This document shows, piece after piece, positions 13,706 to 25,722 of a DNA stretch of 64,000 nt; within the stretch, counting starts at the first letter, position 1; every line of letters starts with the position of its first letter. This DNA comes from Eledone cirrhosa (taxonomy: Eukaryota). The position numbers and the translations under genes were made by a program. The stretch lies in NCBI GenBank assembly GCA_964016885.1, contig OZ024741.1:68200001-68264000 (forward strand), given 5' to 3'. The notes under the pieces were generated by a model. It was not told the DNA's origin. It made no database searches and saw only the letters and a program-made list of their open reading frames with translations.

Positions 13706-14581
13706 ATACCTTCTCGTACGTATATTTGACTGTTATAGCGTATAATTTTTACATATTCTGGTATTTAGGGTTTGGCTATGTGTATACGGGAGTTTTGCGT
13801 CCGCGTGAGTGTGCAGGTTCGTACGTATGGTGGGTGTGTGTATATGTGTACTTCTTGTTTTAGTTGACTTACGTCTCCGAACATTCGTGTATTTATATGT
13901 AGGTATGCGTGTGCGCTTGTTATATACGTATTTATTTACTTATATACGTTTATATAATTATTTATTTATTTGTACACAAGCATACGCACACACACATATT
14001 TATATGTGCGTGGTTTTGTATACCCATGGTAAGGTTTTGCGTATGCTTGTGTATGTACGTATCTGTTTGCGCGTATGTATTTATTTGTTTCTATTACTTC
14101 TGTATTGTATTTATTTACTTTGTTCTTAACTCTGTAGCGGAGATTCATTTGGTCTCCTAGTTAGAATTTTAGTCTTCGATTTCTGCTATACCATTTACGT
14201 GGTTTTGTCTTTGCGTGTTATTTTTCTCCACGCTCCACATATGACTTATTATCTTCGTTTTTTCGTTCATTGCCAGAGAACGTCTCTATGCACCACCTAA
14301 GAGAACATTAGTCTACGACCTCTTTTATACCATAAACGTGGTTTTGTCTTTGCGCGTAATTGTTTTTCACCGCTCCTATTAATGACGTATTATTCGTTTT
14401 TTCCCGTTCTTTGCCAGCGAACGTTTCCACGAACCAAAGTATCGTCTTCCTGTCTTCCTCCGGTTGCAACGTTTTTTGAAACATCCAGTTCTGCGTTTAC
14501 AGATTGACTTTGTTAGTTTCAGAAGATCCCGTTAAGGGTGAAAGCAGCGATTCTTTGCTTAAACTTTAATCTGTTATTTTA

Positions 14582-14585
<4 letters not shown>
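13705..14585 (+). mobile_element. T/G-rich repeat terminus ending in the variant hammerhead (Penelope pLTR-like)
   Basis: 14413-14585 matches 6998-7170; internal ~140-bp direct repeat (cgtggttttgtctttgcg at 14198 and 14337); ends at a (TA)n tract. Confidence 0.5.
14515..14565 (+). ncRNA. Type I hammerhead-like fold with variant core CAGAAGA (best-preserved copy)
   Basis: Stem I agttt/aaact, extended by acagattga/ttaatctgt; CAGAAGA; stem II ccc-gttaa-ggg; GAAA; stem III agca/tgct; H = T14560. Confidence 0.65.
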
Positions 14586-14633
<48 letters not shown>

Positions 14634-14654
14634 ACATATGTGGGTGTGTATATA

Positions 14655-14830
14655 TGCTTTGCAGCATACAGTGATGGTTCTTCACGTTCTGAGTTCAAAT
14701 CCCGTCGAGGTTAGCTTTGCCTTTCATCCTTAAAGGGTCGATAAAATAAATCACCAGTAATGCGCTGGGGTCGATTTAATCGACTTTCCTCTTCCCCAAA
14801 ATTGCTGGCCTTGTGCCTGATGTCGATACA
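14655..14830 (+). mobile_element. SINE (dominant family, long variant, 5' truncated)
   Basis: gttctgagttcaaatcccgtcgaggttagctttgcc...gtcgatttaatcgactttcc...ccttgtgcc. Confidence 0.9.
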
Positions 14831-15369
14831 ATATATGCTGTATTGGATCGTGCTTCATATAGTTTTAGCATTATATAGGTGCTTATAAGCACAAATCAAT
14901 GGGTGGCAGTAGTTCCAGCTGCACGCATCGAAAGACTGGTGTAGTGGTTCTGAGAACAATGCAGCTTGGCATGGATGATCAATGCAAATTGACAATGGAA
15001 CGGCGCTCCCGCTCGAGTTAGAAGAGAACTATTGACCTTCAGGAGAAGCAACGACCCCTGATTGTATTCAGCAACCGAAACAAATATGAAGTACGCCAAA
15101 TCCAATGCTCCTAGGGGCGGCCCTGGTTCTTCTTATTTGTGAGTGTAAACTCGGCCTAATTAGATTAGATATAGGTGATATATGTTCAATTTTTCCTAAT
15201 ACTCCTAATGCACTAAATATAGTTTTATATTTATGTTTACAAAATAATTAGTCTGACATTTAGCGCAGTGAAGCAGGTTAAACTACTTATAAAAATATGC
15301 CAAACCAAGCAAAGTTCGATTCGATGAAATAACCGTTACTGTATTTAATCTCGGTTATAGTTTATATTA

Positions 15370-15447
15370 TTGGGTCGTCAAGTATGAAATTTGTACAAAT
15401 TTTGTGAACAAAAACAATTTCTACAAATTTCATACTTGACGACCTAA
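15370..15447. mobile_element. Minimal (78-bp) mariner-type MITE
   Basis: TIRs ttgggtcgtcaagtatgaaatttgta / tacaaatttcatacttgacgacctaa, TA on both flanks. Confidence 0.8.
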
Positions 15448-15909
15448 TACATAACCCTGTCCGTAACGAAAAACTACCTGGAATCTGTTTCCCTTATCTC
15501 TCCTATGCTGTTCTTATAATACCTAATATTTCTTTATGTGATATTTTTCATATCTAATAGTGTTTTCTAATTTAGACACAAGTATTAACAAAAGTAGTAG
15601 CTATATACCACAAATCATTTTTATCCGATGCTCAATCTATCAACTTTTTCGTATCTAATATTAAAAGGCATTCTCTGTGAAAGTAACAGTACGATGATTT
15701 CTGAAATGCTTTTGCAAGTGTTTATTTAATATCTTAAACGTACACTGTGTTGGCAAAATTGTTAGAACGTCAGATAGAATGTTTTGCTGTATTCTTTCGG
15801 CTCATATCTCGCTGAGGTTAATTTTGCCTTTTGAGATCGAAGAAAGTTCCAGTCCCGTGAGTAGGGACAATTCTTCTTCTATATCGCTATCTTACTTCCT
15901 CTCTTTTCT

Positions 15910-15916
<7 letters not shown>

Positions 15917-15997
<81 letters not shown>
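15917..15997. repeat. (CT)n(TA)n compound microsatellite
   Basis: Direct inspection. Confidence 0.95.
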
Positions 15998-16000
<3 letters not shown>

Positions 16001-16160
16001 ATATATCTCATATGAAATGATGCAGCCAACTTTCCACACAATACAATTAGTTAGCACCCCGAACGTTTAATTAGGAATATACTCATATACTCAGGTATTT
16101 CCTGATGTTTGTTGAGTGAGTTGGAATTTGGCCGGAGTATCGCTATTAGCTTTCTCCGAT

Positions 16161-16219
<59 letters not shown>

Positions 16220-16382
16220 AGAGTCAGGAACTCGACGGCTGAGCTCCGACCGTTTCGACAGCTAGATCCGAACTGTCGGGGTCCTCACTCTTTCCCTATT
16301 ACCCACTCTACTACCCCAAGTATCGAGTACTCTAGTGCGTTATGGTCCACCGGTATCTTACCACACCCTCTTTGTTTTATAC

Positions 16383-16440
<58 letters not shown>

Positions 16441-16441
16441 G

Positions 16442-16526
<85 letters not shown>

Positions 16527-16620
16527 GTATATAGCTCTCTCTTCTTCTCTAGAAGAAATCGGCTGTGTTCAGACCTGTGTCCAAGACACCGCTTGTATGA
16601 CTCCATCAGGAGTTAGGAGT

Positions 16621-16752
16621 ACATAAATACATACATACATGCATGCATGCATACATACATACATACATACATACATACATACATACATACATACATACAT
16701 ACATACATACATACATACATACATACATACATACATACATACATACATACAT
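16621..16752 (+). repeat. (CATA)n tetranucleotide microsatellite
   Basis: About 30 copies of cata. Confidence 0.95.
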
Positions 16753-16889
16753 AGTGTTAATGAAATAAATGAAATAATTTGAACGATATTATTGTGAAGA
16801 TACGTCACTCTTTGTGTGGAAATCAGAAATCTCTGGGTAAATATGTAAATATATATATTTACATTAATTACTCTAATAGATATTGATTG

Positions 16890-17005
16890 CTAGTTCAGGG
16901 ACAATGCCGGTAAATTTGAATGAAGGGACAGCGTTAATTAAATCAACCCCGGTACTTGACTGGTATGTTATTTTATGAAAGGCAAAGTTGACATCGGCGG
17001 GGTTT
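16890..17005 (-). mobile_element. Diverged SINE fragment
   Basis: aaccccggtacttgactggtatgttattttatgaaaggcaaagttgacatcggcggggtttg. Confidence 0.7.
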
Positions 17006-17509
17006 GGAGGTTTTTTTTTTTAAACGGACATAGAAATAAGAGAATGAATTTAAGTTGTTAACCTCGGTCTTTTATCATATGGAACATTAATGCTCTGCAA
17101 CATGAACTGTCCTCAACAAGAACTTTAACTGTCGATGGCTTATTCGGCTGTTTTAAACTCCAGATGAACCGAGGATTTTACTGCGCATACAGCTTCTTCC
17201 ACCTTACTAAAGATATTATTGAAGTATTCCTCACACACACATATACATATATATATATATATATATATATGGATCTATATATATATACGTATGGATCTAT
17301 ATACACATATATATATGTGTGTATGTATATATATATATGTATATATATATATGTGTGTGTATTATATATATATATATATTATATTCACACATGTATATAT
17401 ATATGTGTGTGTGTGCGTGCGCGTGTTTGAGATTATCCTGTGTGTGTGGGGGTGGGGTGGATCGATGGATATAAAGTGAACGCTGCATAACCGAATAATT
17501 AAGAAGTTC

Positions 17510-17905
17510 AGAATTTGAGAGGTATAGAGTTCAAGCCTTCTTAGCAGCTGCTGACCACTTTTTCTCTGTCTATAGAGTATTTTACCCGATTTTCTCACCT
17601 ATTATATAAAGCAATCGACTGTGGTTACAGTTATTTACTGCATTTCAAAGTTCTACATTTTCCAAGAATACCAATCTATTCAACGTTCCGATAATTTATT
17701 TTCCAAATGTTGTTTATTTCAATAACTAGAGCTGTCAGTCGGTATCTGACAGATACAAAGTTCAAATCATCGTTGTGGCCACTGGCCAATTCTTCTTTTT
17801 TTCCCGTCCATAAGAGTATTTTACCCGATTTTCTAAGTTATTTTTAGCAATCGACTGTATTTACATTATTTCTGCGTCGGAGTATATTACATTTTCTAAG
17901 AATAT
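17510..17905 (+). repeat. Diverged ~240-bp tandem duplication
   Basis: agagtatttttacccgattttct...agcaatcgactgt...tacattttc.aagaata occurs at ~17574 and ~17812. Confidence 0.8.
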
Positions 17906-19669
17906 ATATATGTTATCGAAGCTTGAGCCATGTTACTCTGGACTAGGAAGATATACTGTTTTGTGTCAAAGTTCATGACTTGAAAAGCCTAATCTACCCG
18001 AACCTTGATAAGTGAGAAGGATCCACCTGTAGCTTCAGACACACTCAGACACTAGTATATGTACTCAGACACTAGTATATGTACTTTATATGTATGTCTC
18101 TAAAGTCATTAACTAGATAATTGACGCGAATTATTTAATGACTGCCGAGCGTGTGTTTCTCCGTGAAAGCGAGACGAGAATAAAATCAGGTTAGTGTGAT
18201 CCGATTGTAAGCCAGTCAGTGGTCGTGTTGTATGTTAGAGACGTAGCTACCCATTCTCTTTGTGTAGAGCTTCAATCTCTGCTAGGAGACAGTTATGGAA
18301 TTTTTCTAATCCGAACCTCTACATTCTCGATCAAAAATATTCATCAAGATTCGAACCTGCATTGTAGATACGATTTTCTGTAAGCCTACCAATATACTAA
18401 GTCACGGGATACGTCATAATTATAAGACCATAAAACATTCTAATAATCTTTCCTTTGTAAAATTTGTTGAAACTTATAAAGGACGTTAGCTCAGTTTTCA
18501 ATGTCATACGGCCATCTACTGTATAACAGGTGCACATACGTGGTTATTGTTGTGTGTATGTATGATTGAGTGTGTATACTGCATTTGTTTATCTTTGTTG
18601 TGGAATTTTTATGCAGTTTTGTTTCATTCTAATTTTGTGAGAGTATTTGAGCCACGTAATGATTGGTTTATGGGCTGGGATTTGCTATATTGTGTCGGCT
18701 GATAATGGTGCATTTTATGTGGTGTGTAAATTGTGTAATATTTTTTCTGAACAATTATGTAGAATATATGCTGTGTGAGTTGTGGAATTATTATAACTAG
18801 TTTTAACTAGTTATAATAGAGTGACATTGCATTTAGGAAACAGAACGTCAGAATGTAAATAGATACTATTTGGAGGTATTAATAATGATGTACCCTTTGC
18901 GAAACAATTTCATTCTCGCATCATTTAATACGGACTGATGTTGCCATTATTAAGTGTGTTCTGCAAAGATTGAACACTGAGGAGAAATTCTGATAAATTT
19001 TAAACAAAGGGATGCGAAATTTTCCTGTACAGAATAGGAGTTGGGGTTGAATTAACGAATGCTAATTAGGTTGATTACTATCAGATACGTGGAAACATTA
19101 ATCAAGAATATATTTGTAGACTGCGTCGAGGCTGCAGGACAGGTAAACTATACCAACTTTTATTTGTCGTTGGATTATTGTTTTTCTGGGCCCGAGTTGG
19201 TCTGAACTCACAGATATAGATAACTAGATAGCGTATTGCTATCTGCACTCACTGGGCAGGGATTTCCTCGTGCTTTCTATTAGGATACGTACTAATTTAA
19301 ACAACTGGATCTACAGTATTTCCTCGAAGGAAAACCAGTAATAATATTTCGTTAAAATGGCTTTACTCATATCATTGGTAGTACTAAAGTATTTGATTCA
19401 ATCGACACCTAAGTAACTGAAAAGTTTCAAACTTTTCAAAAATGGGTGCGATATATTATATAGATTCTATATAATCTAACATCATTGAAGAACTTTATGA
19501 ACCGTTTATAGTAAATATCTATGTATGTATCCATAAACTCCTGGTGGAGTCGTAGGGGTGCCATGATGACATACAGTGAGGCTTAGGCACTTTTAAACCT
19601 GGCGGAGCCCATCCACCTCCAGATCTTAACTCAACCGATTTCTGCAAAAAAAGAAGAGAGATAGGGAAT

Positions 19670-19868
19670 GATAGAGGTGAAGTGAAGTTAGACAGAGATA
19701 AAGAGGAAGAATCTATCCCCAGTACTGAACTGGTACTTTTTATATCGACCTCGAAAGTCTGGAAGACAAAGTTGATCTCAGTTGATTTTGAACTCAGAGC
19801 ATAGGGAGCCGGAACGAATACCGCAAAGCATTCTATCAGATGTTCTAATGATTCTGCCAATTCGCCAC
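19670..19868 (-). mobile_element. Diverged SINE (dominant family)
   Basis: ctggtactttttatatcgacc...caaagttgatctcagttgattttgaactcaga...gattctgccaattcgcc. Confidence 0.8.
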
Positions 19869-20445
19869 GTATCATCTCTAACAATGGTTCTCAACCTTTG
19901 GTGAACCGCTAGTGCCAACTAAAGTCCCCTAGAAAATAAACTGGAGACAATATTTTGTGTGCGTGTGTGTGTGTGTGTGTGAATATATTTCCACTTCATC
20001 ATCACTAATTCTGGTTGTTGGTGGTTTTGTTTTCATCCCGTATCATTTCTTTTGATTTATATTAATTCCCCAGGGAAGTTAGTGACCAACAGCTTTGATT
20101 CATTGTTGTATTTGATTTTAATTTGTGTTATTTTTCTAAGATATTTTCTGAGAGCAAAGTTTTTTCGTGGATACTCAATTTACTATTTTCCTTTGTGTGG
20201 AAGCTCGAAATTCTTATATAGAGCCCCTGGGACCATATGGACCCAGAGGTCGTCGGGTCAAAGGCGCAGTATGTTATTTGTTTTTAATTAGCGTTGGAAG
20301 AAATCTAACAAGTTCCGATGTGGAGAGGAATTGTCGCTACTAGGTTTAAATCACCCTAGACATGCCGTCTAACAGAACACGCCCCTCCCCTCTCACTTCA
20401 TAAAAATTAGCTTTGTATCTTATAAATTAATTAATGTAAAATTAC

Positions 20446-21249
20446 CAGACTTGTCAACTGGGGAGATCTCCCATACGGGGAGATCTCTCACCCACTTTGG
20501 GGTGGGTGAGGGATGACTCATCTTGTGAAAATGGGTGTAGCTTTCATTATGTAAAATCTTCCCATTTTGCCTCATTTCTCCTCGTTTGGGGGCACTTTTT
20601 TTCATGGTACTCCCCGTTTGGATTTTTAGATGTTGAAAGGTTTGAATTACTGAGAAGCGGGATACGCAAAAATACTTTCCTTTTGTGCGGGATATGTTAG
20701 AAACAGCAGAATCGTGTCCTTCTTTCAGTATAGTTTGGATAATTCTTATTCTTGTTGTTTATAAAATAAACTATCTTCCTTGAAGCTTTCTCTTTTTTTT
20801 TTGTACTGGCACCAATACTTCTCGTAATTTTATTCCTCTATAATCTTCAATGAAAAAAGAACTACTGCGAGACGAACTAAAGGAGGCCGCCATTCTCTTT
20901 CAGTGCGTGGTTGAATCCAATAATTACAGAACTTTGGTAGCTTTGGGAAAAAGTGTATATATTGCAAACATATATTTACCTCTAGCATGGAGACTGTGTA
21001 CTTGGACGAAAATAAGTCAATATTTATTTCTCTGCTTCTGCTATGTGGGTGTGTGTGGTTGTTATTTTTGTGTGTGTATTGATAGAAAATGTAAAAAGTC
21101 GGACAAAATGACATTCAATATTATATACAAATCCCGCCGAGGTTGACTTTGCCTTTCATCCTGACGGGATCGATAAAATAAAGTACCAGTAATGCACCGG
21201 GTAATTGCTGGCCTTGTGCCTAAAGTAGAGACAATATTATATATATATA

Positions 21250-21299
<50 letters not shown>

Positions 21300-22104
21300 A
21301 GTTTTGAGATCCAATACCGCAATCGTCAGCTTTGTCTCATCTTTCTGAGTCAGTAAAAAATTCATTTAACTAAATCTTCGTCTATATTTTACCTGTCCAA
21401 TAAATAAACTTCCATTTGCTCTCTTCACTTGCTAGAAATAGTGACCCAGGCTCCTTCAGATAATACCTTACTGTCATTCATTTAATGTACACATTGAAAT
21501 CAATAAACCTATTCACACTGTGATAGGAAACGAAATGCATTGTCATGGTTGAAATGCTTATGGTAATACATTCACTCAATCTGTGTTGTTTCGGTACTCA
21601 ACAACAAGCGAAACTTTGTCAACTTTTACGTAGGTTGTATGAATGGTTGTGAGTTGAACAACCTTGCTTCAATTCACAATTAAAATCATTTCACTTCGTT
21701 TAAGCTGCTAATATATCCCAGGAAAAGCATGAATCTATAAATTTCTATTTCTTTCTTTCTCACCCATACATATGTCTCTATCCATTGATATACAAAGCGA
21801 TATGTATTTAGTTCTTTGCACAGTTCTAGCATAGTTAAGTTTATTCTTCATTAAATCTACACTATGTATGTATACCTCACTTTAAATCTAGTCTACGAAA
21901 TAATGTGAGAATGCTTCTACGCAGGCCTACCAAGCTCTAAAAACCCAAACGGGAAGTACCATGAAAAAAAAGTGAGAAATGAGGCAAAATGGGGAGATTT
22001 TACATAATGAAAGCTATACCCATTTTCACAAGAGAAGACCTCATTCACCCACCCCAAACTGGGTGGGAGATCTCCCCGTCTGACGAGGAGGGTTGACGTG
22101 TCTG
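20446..22104. mobile_element. Inverted pair of ~170-bp hAT-like termini enclosing about 1.3 kb
   Basis: 20446-20630 is the reverse complement of 21937-22104; ends cagacttgtcaac / gttgacgtgtctg; no matching 8-bp TSD seen. Confidence 0.6.
21127..21238 (+). mobile_element. 5'-truncated SINE followed by (TA)/(GT)n
   Basis: caaatcccgccgaggttgactttgcc...gtgcctaaagtagagacaat. Confidence 0.9.
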
Positions 22105-22398
22105 ATGTAGTCTCAGATACTTTGAAACAAAACAGGATAATTATGGTGAGAAAACCTTCGTTAGTGAGTCTGCTCTATCTGGACTAACCTGAAGATAAAC
22201 AGCAAGAAAACATAGACACTGTTATCTACACTAAATACAGTAGAGAACCTAGTTTCAACTCACTCTACTATGTATTCTATTTAGGGTGCACTCTTTTTTT
22301 CTTCATTATCAGTTTTGTTGTTGTCAAATTACAGGTTAGCCCTATGGAATGAACATACGATCGAATGTTTTTCAGTAATGATTATCTTATATATATTA

Positions 22399-22618
22399 AG
22401 GCGGTGGATTGGCAGTATTGGTAGAGCGTCAGACGCCATGCTTTGCAGCATAGAGTTATGGCCCGTTATGTTCTGAGTTCAAATCCCACCGAGGTTAGCT
22501 TTGCCTTTCATCCTCACGAGGTTGATAAAATAAAGTACCGGTAACACACTGGGGTCCATTTCTTCGACTTTCCCCTCTCCCCAAATTGCTGGCCTTGTAC
22601 CTAAAGTAGAAACAATTA
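22399..22618 (+). mobile_element. Full-length SINE (long variant)
   Basis: ggcggtggattggcagtattggtagag...gtacctaaagtagaaacaatta. Confidence 0.92.
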
Positions 22619-22793
22619 TATATTTGCAATCATAGCCATGATGTATGTGCGCGTGTGTGGTGTTTGTGTCATGACTCGTACACTGTTCATTTTCCTGATT
22701 TTTGTACATTATTCTATGTACTATATATGCACTTTTGGCTACCTTTTATGAACTGATGTACACAATAATTTTCATTATTATTATTTTATTTAA

Positions 22794-22990
22794 TGGCGGT
22801 GGATTGGCAGTATCGGTAGAGGGTCGGACGCCATGCTTTGACGCATAGAGTTACGGCCCATGCCATTCTGAGTTCAAATCCCGCCGAGGTTAACTTTGCC
22901 TTTCATCCTTACGGGGTCGATAAAATAAAGTACCAGTAATGCACTGGGTTATTGCTGGCCTTGTGCCAAACGTAGAAACAATTATTATTA
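22794..22990 (+). mobile_element. Full-length SINE (short, young variant)
   Basis: Near-identical to 38039-38232; (ATT)n tail. Confidence 0.92.
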
Positions 22991-23194
22991 TTTTATGTAT
23001 TAAGGACTACCTTATCAGTAGCAAATAATTTTTGAAGATTTAGTTGCTATTTCTTGTAAGTCGAGCAATCATCTTGAGGTTGGCCTTGTCAACGATGGTG
23101 TTGCCTTAAGCTCAAAGTCTCAGCTCAGCTCTGATCGAACAGACTTCTAGGGAAGGGGGAGGAACGCAAATATTTCAATGATGGGAATTTTTTA

Positions 23195-23345
23195 ACTTGG
23201 TGGCGCGTTGTGTTCTTGAGCAAAACACTTCATTTTACAGCTTGGTATTAACTCTGCGACTAATTGGAATCCTGTCCGGGAGAGGAATTATACTCTCAGT
23301 CGCTTAACGCCAATGAAACCTGATTAACTTCCAGCTTGATGAGCT
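23195..23345 (+). mobile_element. Fragment of a second SINE family (MetaSINE/Nin-like central domain)
   Basis: gtgttcttgagcaaaacactt...ctgcgactaattggaatcctgtcc...actctcagtcgcttaacgcc..tgaaacc resembles recalled conserved invertebrate SINE domains. Confidence 0.5.
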
Positions 23346-23929
23346 TCTGAGCTTGAGACCGTCTGTAACGTTCCTAATATATTTATAGTGTGTTACGCCA
23401 TGCCGTGGGTCCTTTCGTTCTCGCTTCTGTTTTAAATGATATGGTGGGGATTGAGAGAGAGGCTGAGCTGCTGTTTCTAGCATGTGAAGCAACTATTCAG
23501 AAACTTCCTCATTTACAACAGAGGGAACGATAAAACAAGTACCAGGTATGAACCGAGACAGAATCCGCCACTCGCCTATGCTTACAACTATCCTTTAAAT
23601 GTAAGGATTATTATCAATATAAGATATTTTATTTGTCGCTGTGTGTTACTGTCTTACTGTCCGCATCATTGTTTTTGTACATTTTTAAAACTAAACCAGT
23701 ATGCATGTTTCATTAATTTAATTTCTTCTTTTTTAAGGTTTTGAGTTCCACATTAAATAAATAAGATGATATTTGAGGTAAGTCTACATTTTTTTTTTAC
23801 CTTTTTATATTGATATGCTACCTCGATATATGAAGGAGTTTAGATTTGACCTTTTGGTTGCGTATTGATGATGAAAAGAATTTTGAAGTTTGTTTCTTAG
23901 AGTTAAACATGTAGACGCATCCTGTCCGA

Positions 23930-24245
23930 ACGGATAGAAAGTTGACTTCTGAGCCATTACATCACGGATTCCACCATACTGCCTAGAATCTTGGGTGATT
24001 GTTATTTATTGTAGCTTCATGTCAGCTGGTGCTTTGTGAATGAAATTTAATAGAGGGAAATTATATGGAAGCCCGTTGAGGGGAAAGAGTCAGCTTTGTC
24101 ATACACTCTCATGCTAGATCTTGCGAATTATTTTAAGGTACACGAATCTGTTGAATGCTAAGCCACTTACAAGTTAATTTCATGGGCAGGTTGTTTCATT
24201 GATCTAACAACGAGGACACTTATCGTCGAGACCGACGGAGTTCAA
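23930..24245 (+). mobile_element. Degraded third SINE family plus associated repeat
   Basis: atcttgggtgattg...ctttgtgaatgaaatt...ggaagcccgt followed by a segment related to 110-240. Confidence 0.45.
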
Positions 24246-24476
24246 CTCCAGAAAGAATTAAGCAGGGTGAGGGATGCTAAATATTGACTGACATGGTACC
24301 AAAACACATTAGATAATATACACAGTGATTATGTTATTTATCATCGAAAGCTAGCTGAAGTAATTCAAATATAGTGGAATGCTGAACAAAATAATACCAT
24401 ACACCTATAATATAGGAGAAAAATGTTCTCTCTCTCACTCTCTGTGTATATCTCGGCACCTGTCCTTATGTATCAA

Positions 24477-24525
<49 letters not shown>

Positions 24526-25094
24526 GTAATGAGTATAATCGAAGCTGCAAGCAACAGATTCGCATCTGATCTTCGAAGACTGTCACAAAGCACTCGATGA
24601 TAGAGTAATTAATACATTTCTCTTCAGAGGGAAAACAAGAAGTTAGGTAATAGTGACACTATGAATAGTGAGACCAGAAGCATGTCGCCACATTAATACT
24701 ACAACATCGAAAAATACAGACAGGTTAAAGACGAACCTGTGGTAATATGCCTCTGGTCGCATTATTCATTGTACCACTATTACCTAACGGTGGTTTCACG
24801 TATGAGGTATGCATTATTTATATTAACTACACGGTGGAGGCCCATCTTGCAATTCTCCCAAGAGAGGGGGTTATCACGTTTGTTGCGAGAGTTCAAATGA
24901 AAAAGAAATGGTGTGGGTGACGATAGATAGAAAATGCCAATGAAAATAGTGTGTGATGTGAATTCCGGCGTATGAAGGAAAATGCGATGGAGGGCTGGTA
25001 GATGTAAGGTAAATGTCCTAATAAAATAATGGTTAAGTAAAATGAGAACGGATAGACAAAGGACACACTTTTATTATTACACGTGTCAATGTTG

Positions 25095-25722
25095 TAGGTT
25101 GAAAGTATCAGTAGAGCGTCGGGCAACATGCTTTGCGGCATATAGTTACGGCTCTTTGCGTTCTAATTTCAAATCCTGCCTTTCTTCCTTATGGGGTCGA
25201 TAACATAAAGTACCAGTAATGCACTGGTTTAATTTAATTGACTTTCCCCTCCCCCAAAATTGTTGGCTTTATGCTTAAACCAGAAACTATTATTACACGT
25301 GTCGGTGTTGTGGATTGGCAGTATTGATAGATCATCGGACATGCTTTGCGATATATAGTTATGACCCTTTACGTTCTAAGTTCAAATCACATCGATGTTA
25401 GCTTAGCCTTTCATTCTTACGGGTTGATAAAACAAAGTACCACTAATGCATTTGGGTCGATTTAATTAACTTTCCTCTTCGTTTCAAATTTCTAGCCTTG
25501 TGGCAAAAGTTTTTACGGGCCATTATTACGGGCGTCGGATTGGCAGTATCGGTAGAGAGTCGGACACTATGCTTTGAAGCATCGAGCTACGTCCCTTTAC
25601 GGTCTGAGTTCAAATCCCGCCGAGGTTAACTTTGCCTTTCATCCTTACGGGTTGGATAAAATAAAGTACCAATAATACACTGGGTAATTGCTGGCCTTGT
25701 GCCAAAAGTAGAAACAATTATT
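25095..25722 (+). mobile_element. Three head-to-tail SINE copies
   Basis: Copies at ~25095-25293, ~25303-25510 and ~25530-25722. Confidence 0.9.

Noticed and set aside
15055-15090. ctgattg...cgaaac and ctgaaga...gaaa (22189) motifs
   Set aside because: Stems II and III cannot be formed convincingly
22794-22890. tRNA gene (A and B boxes)
   Set aside because: SINE head repeated many times; no cloverleaf and continues into the SINE body
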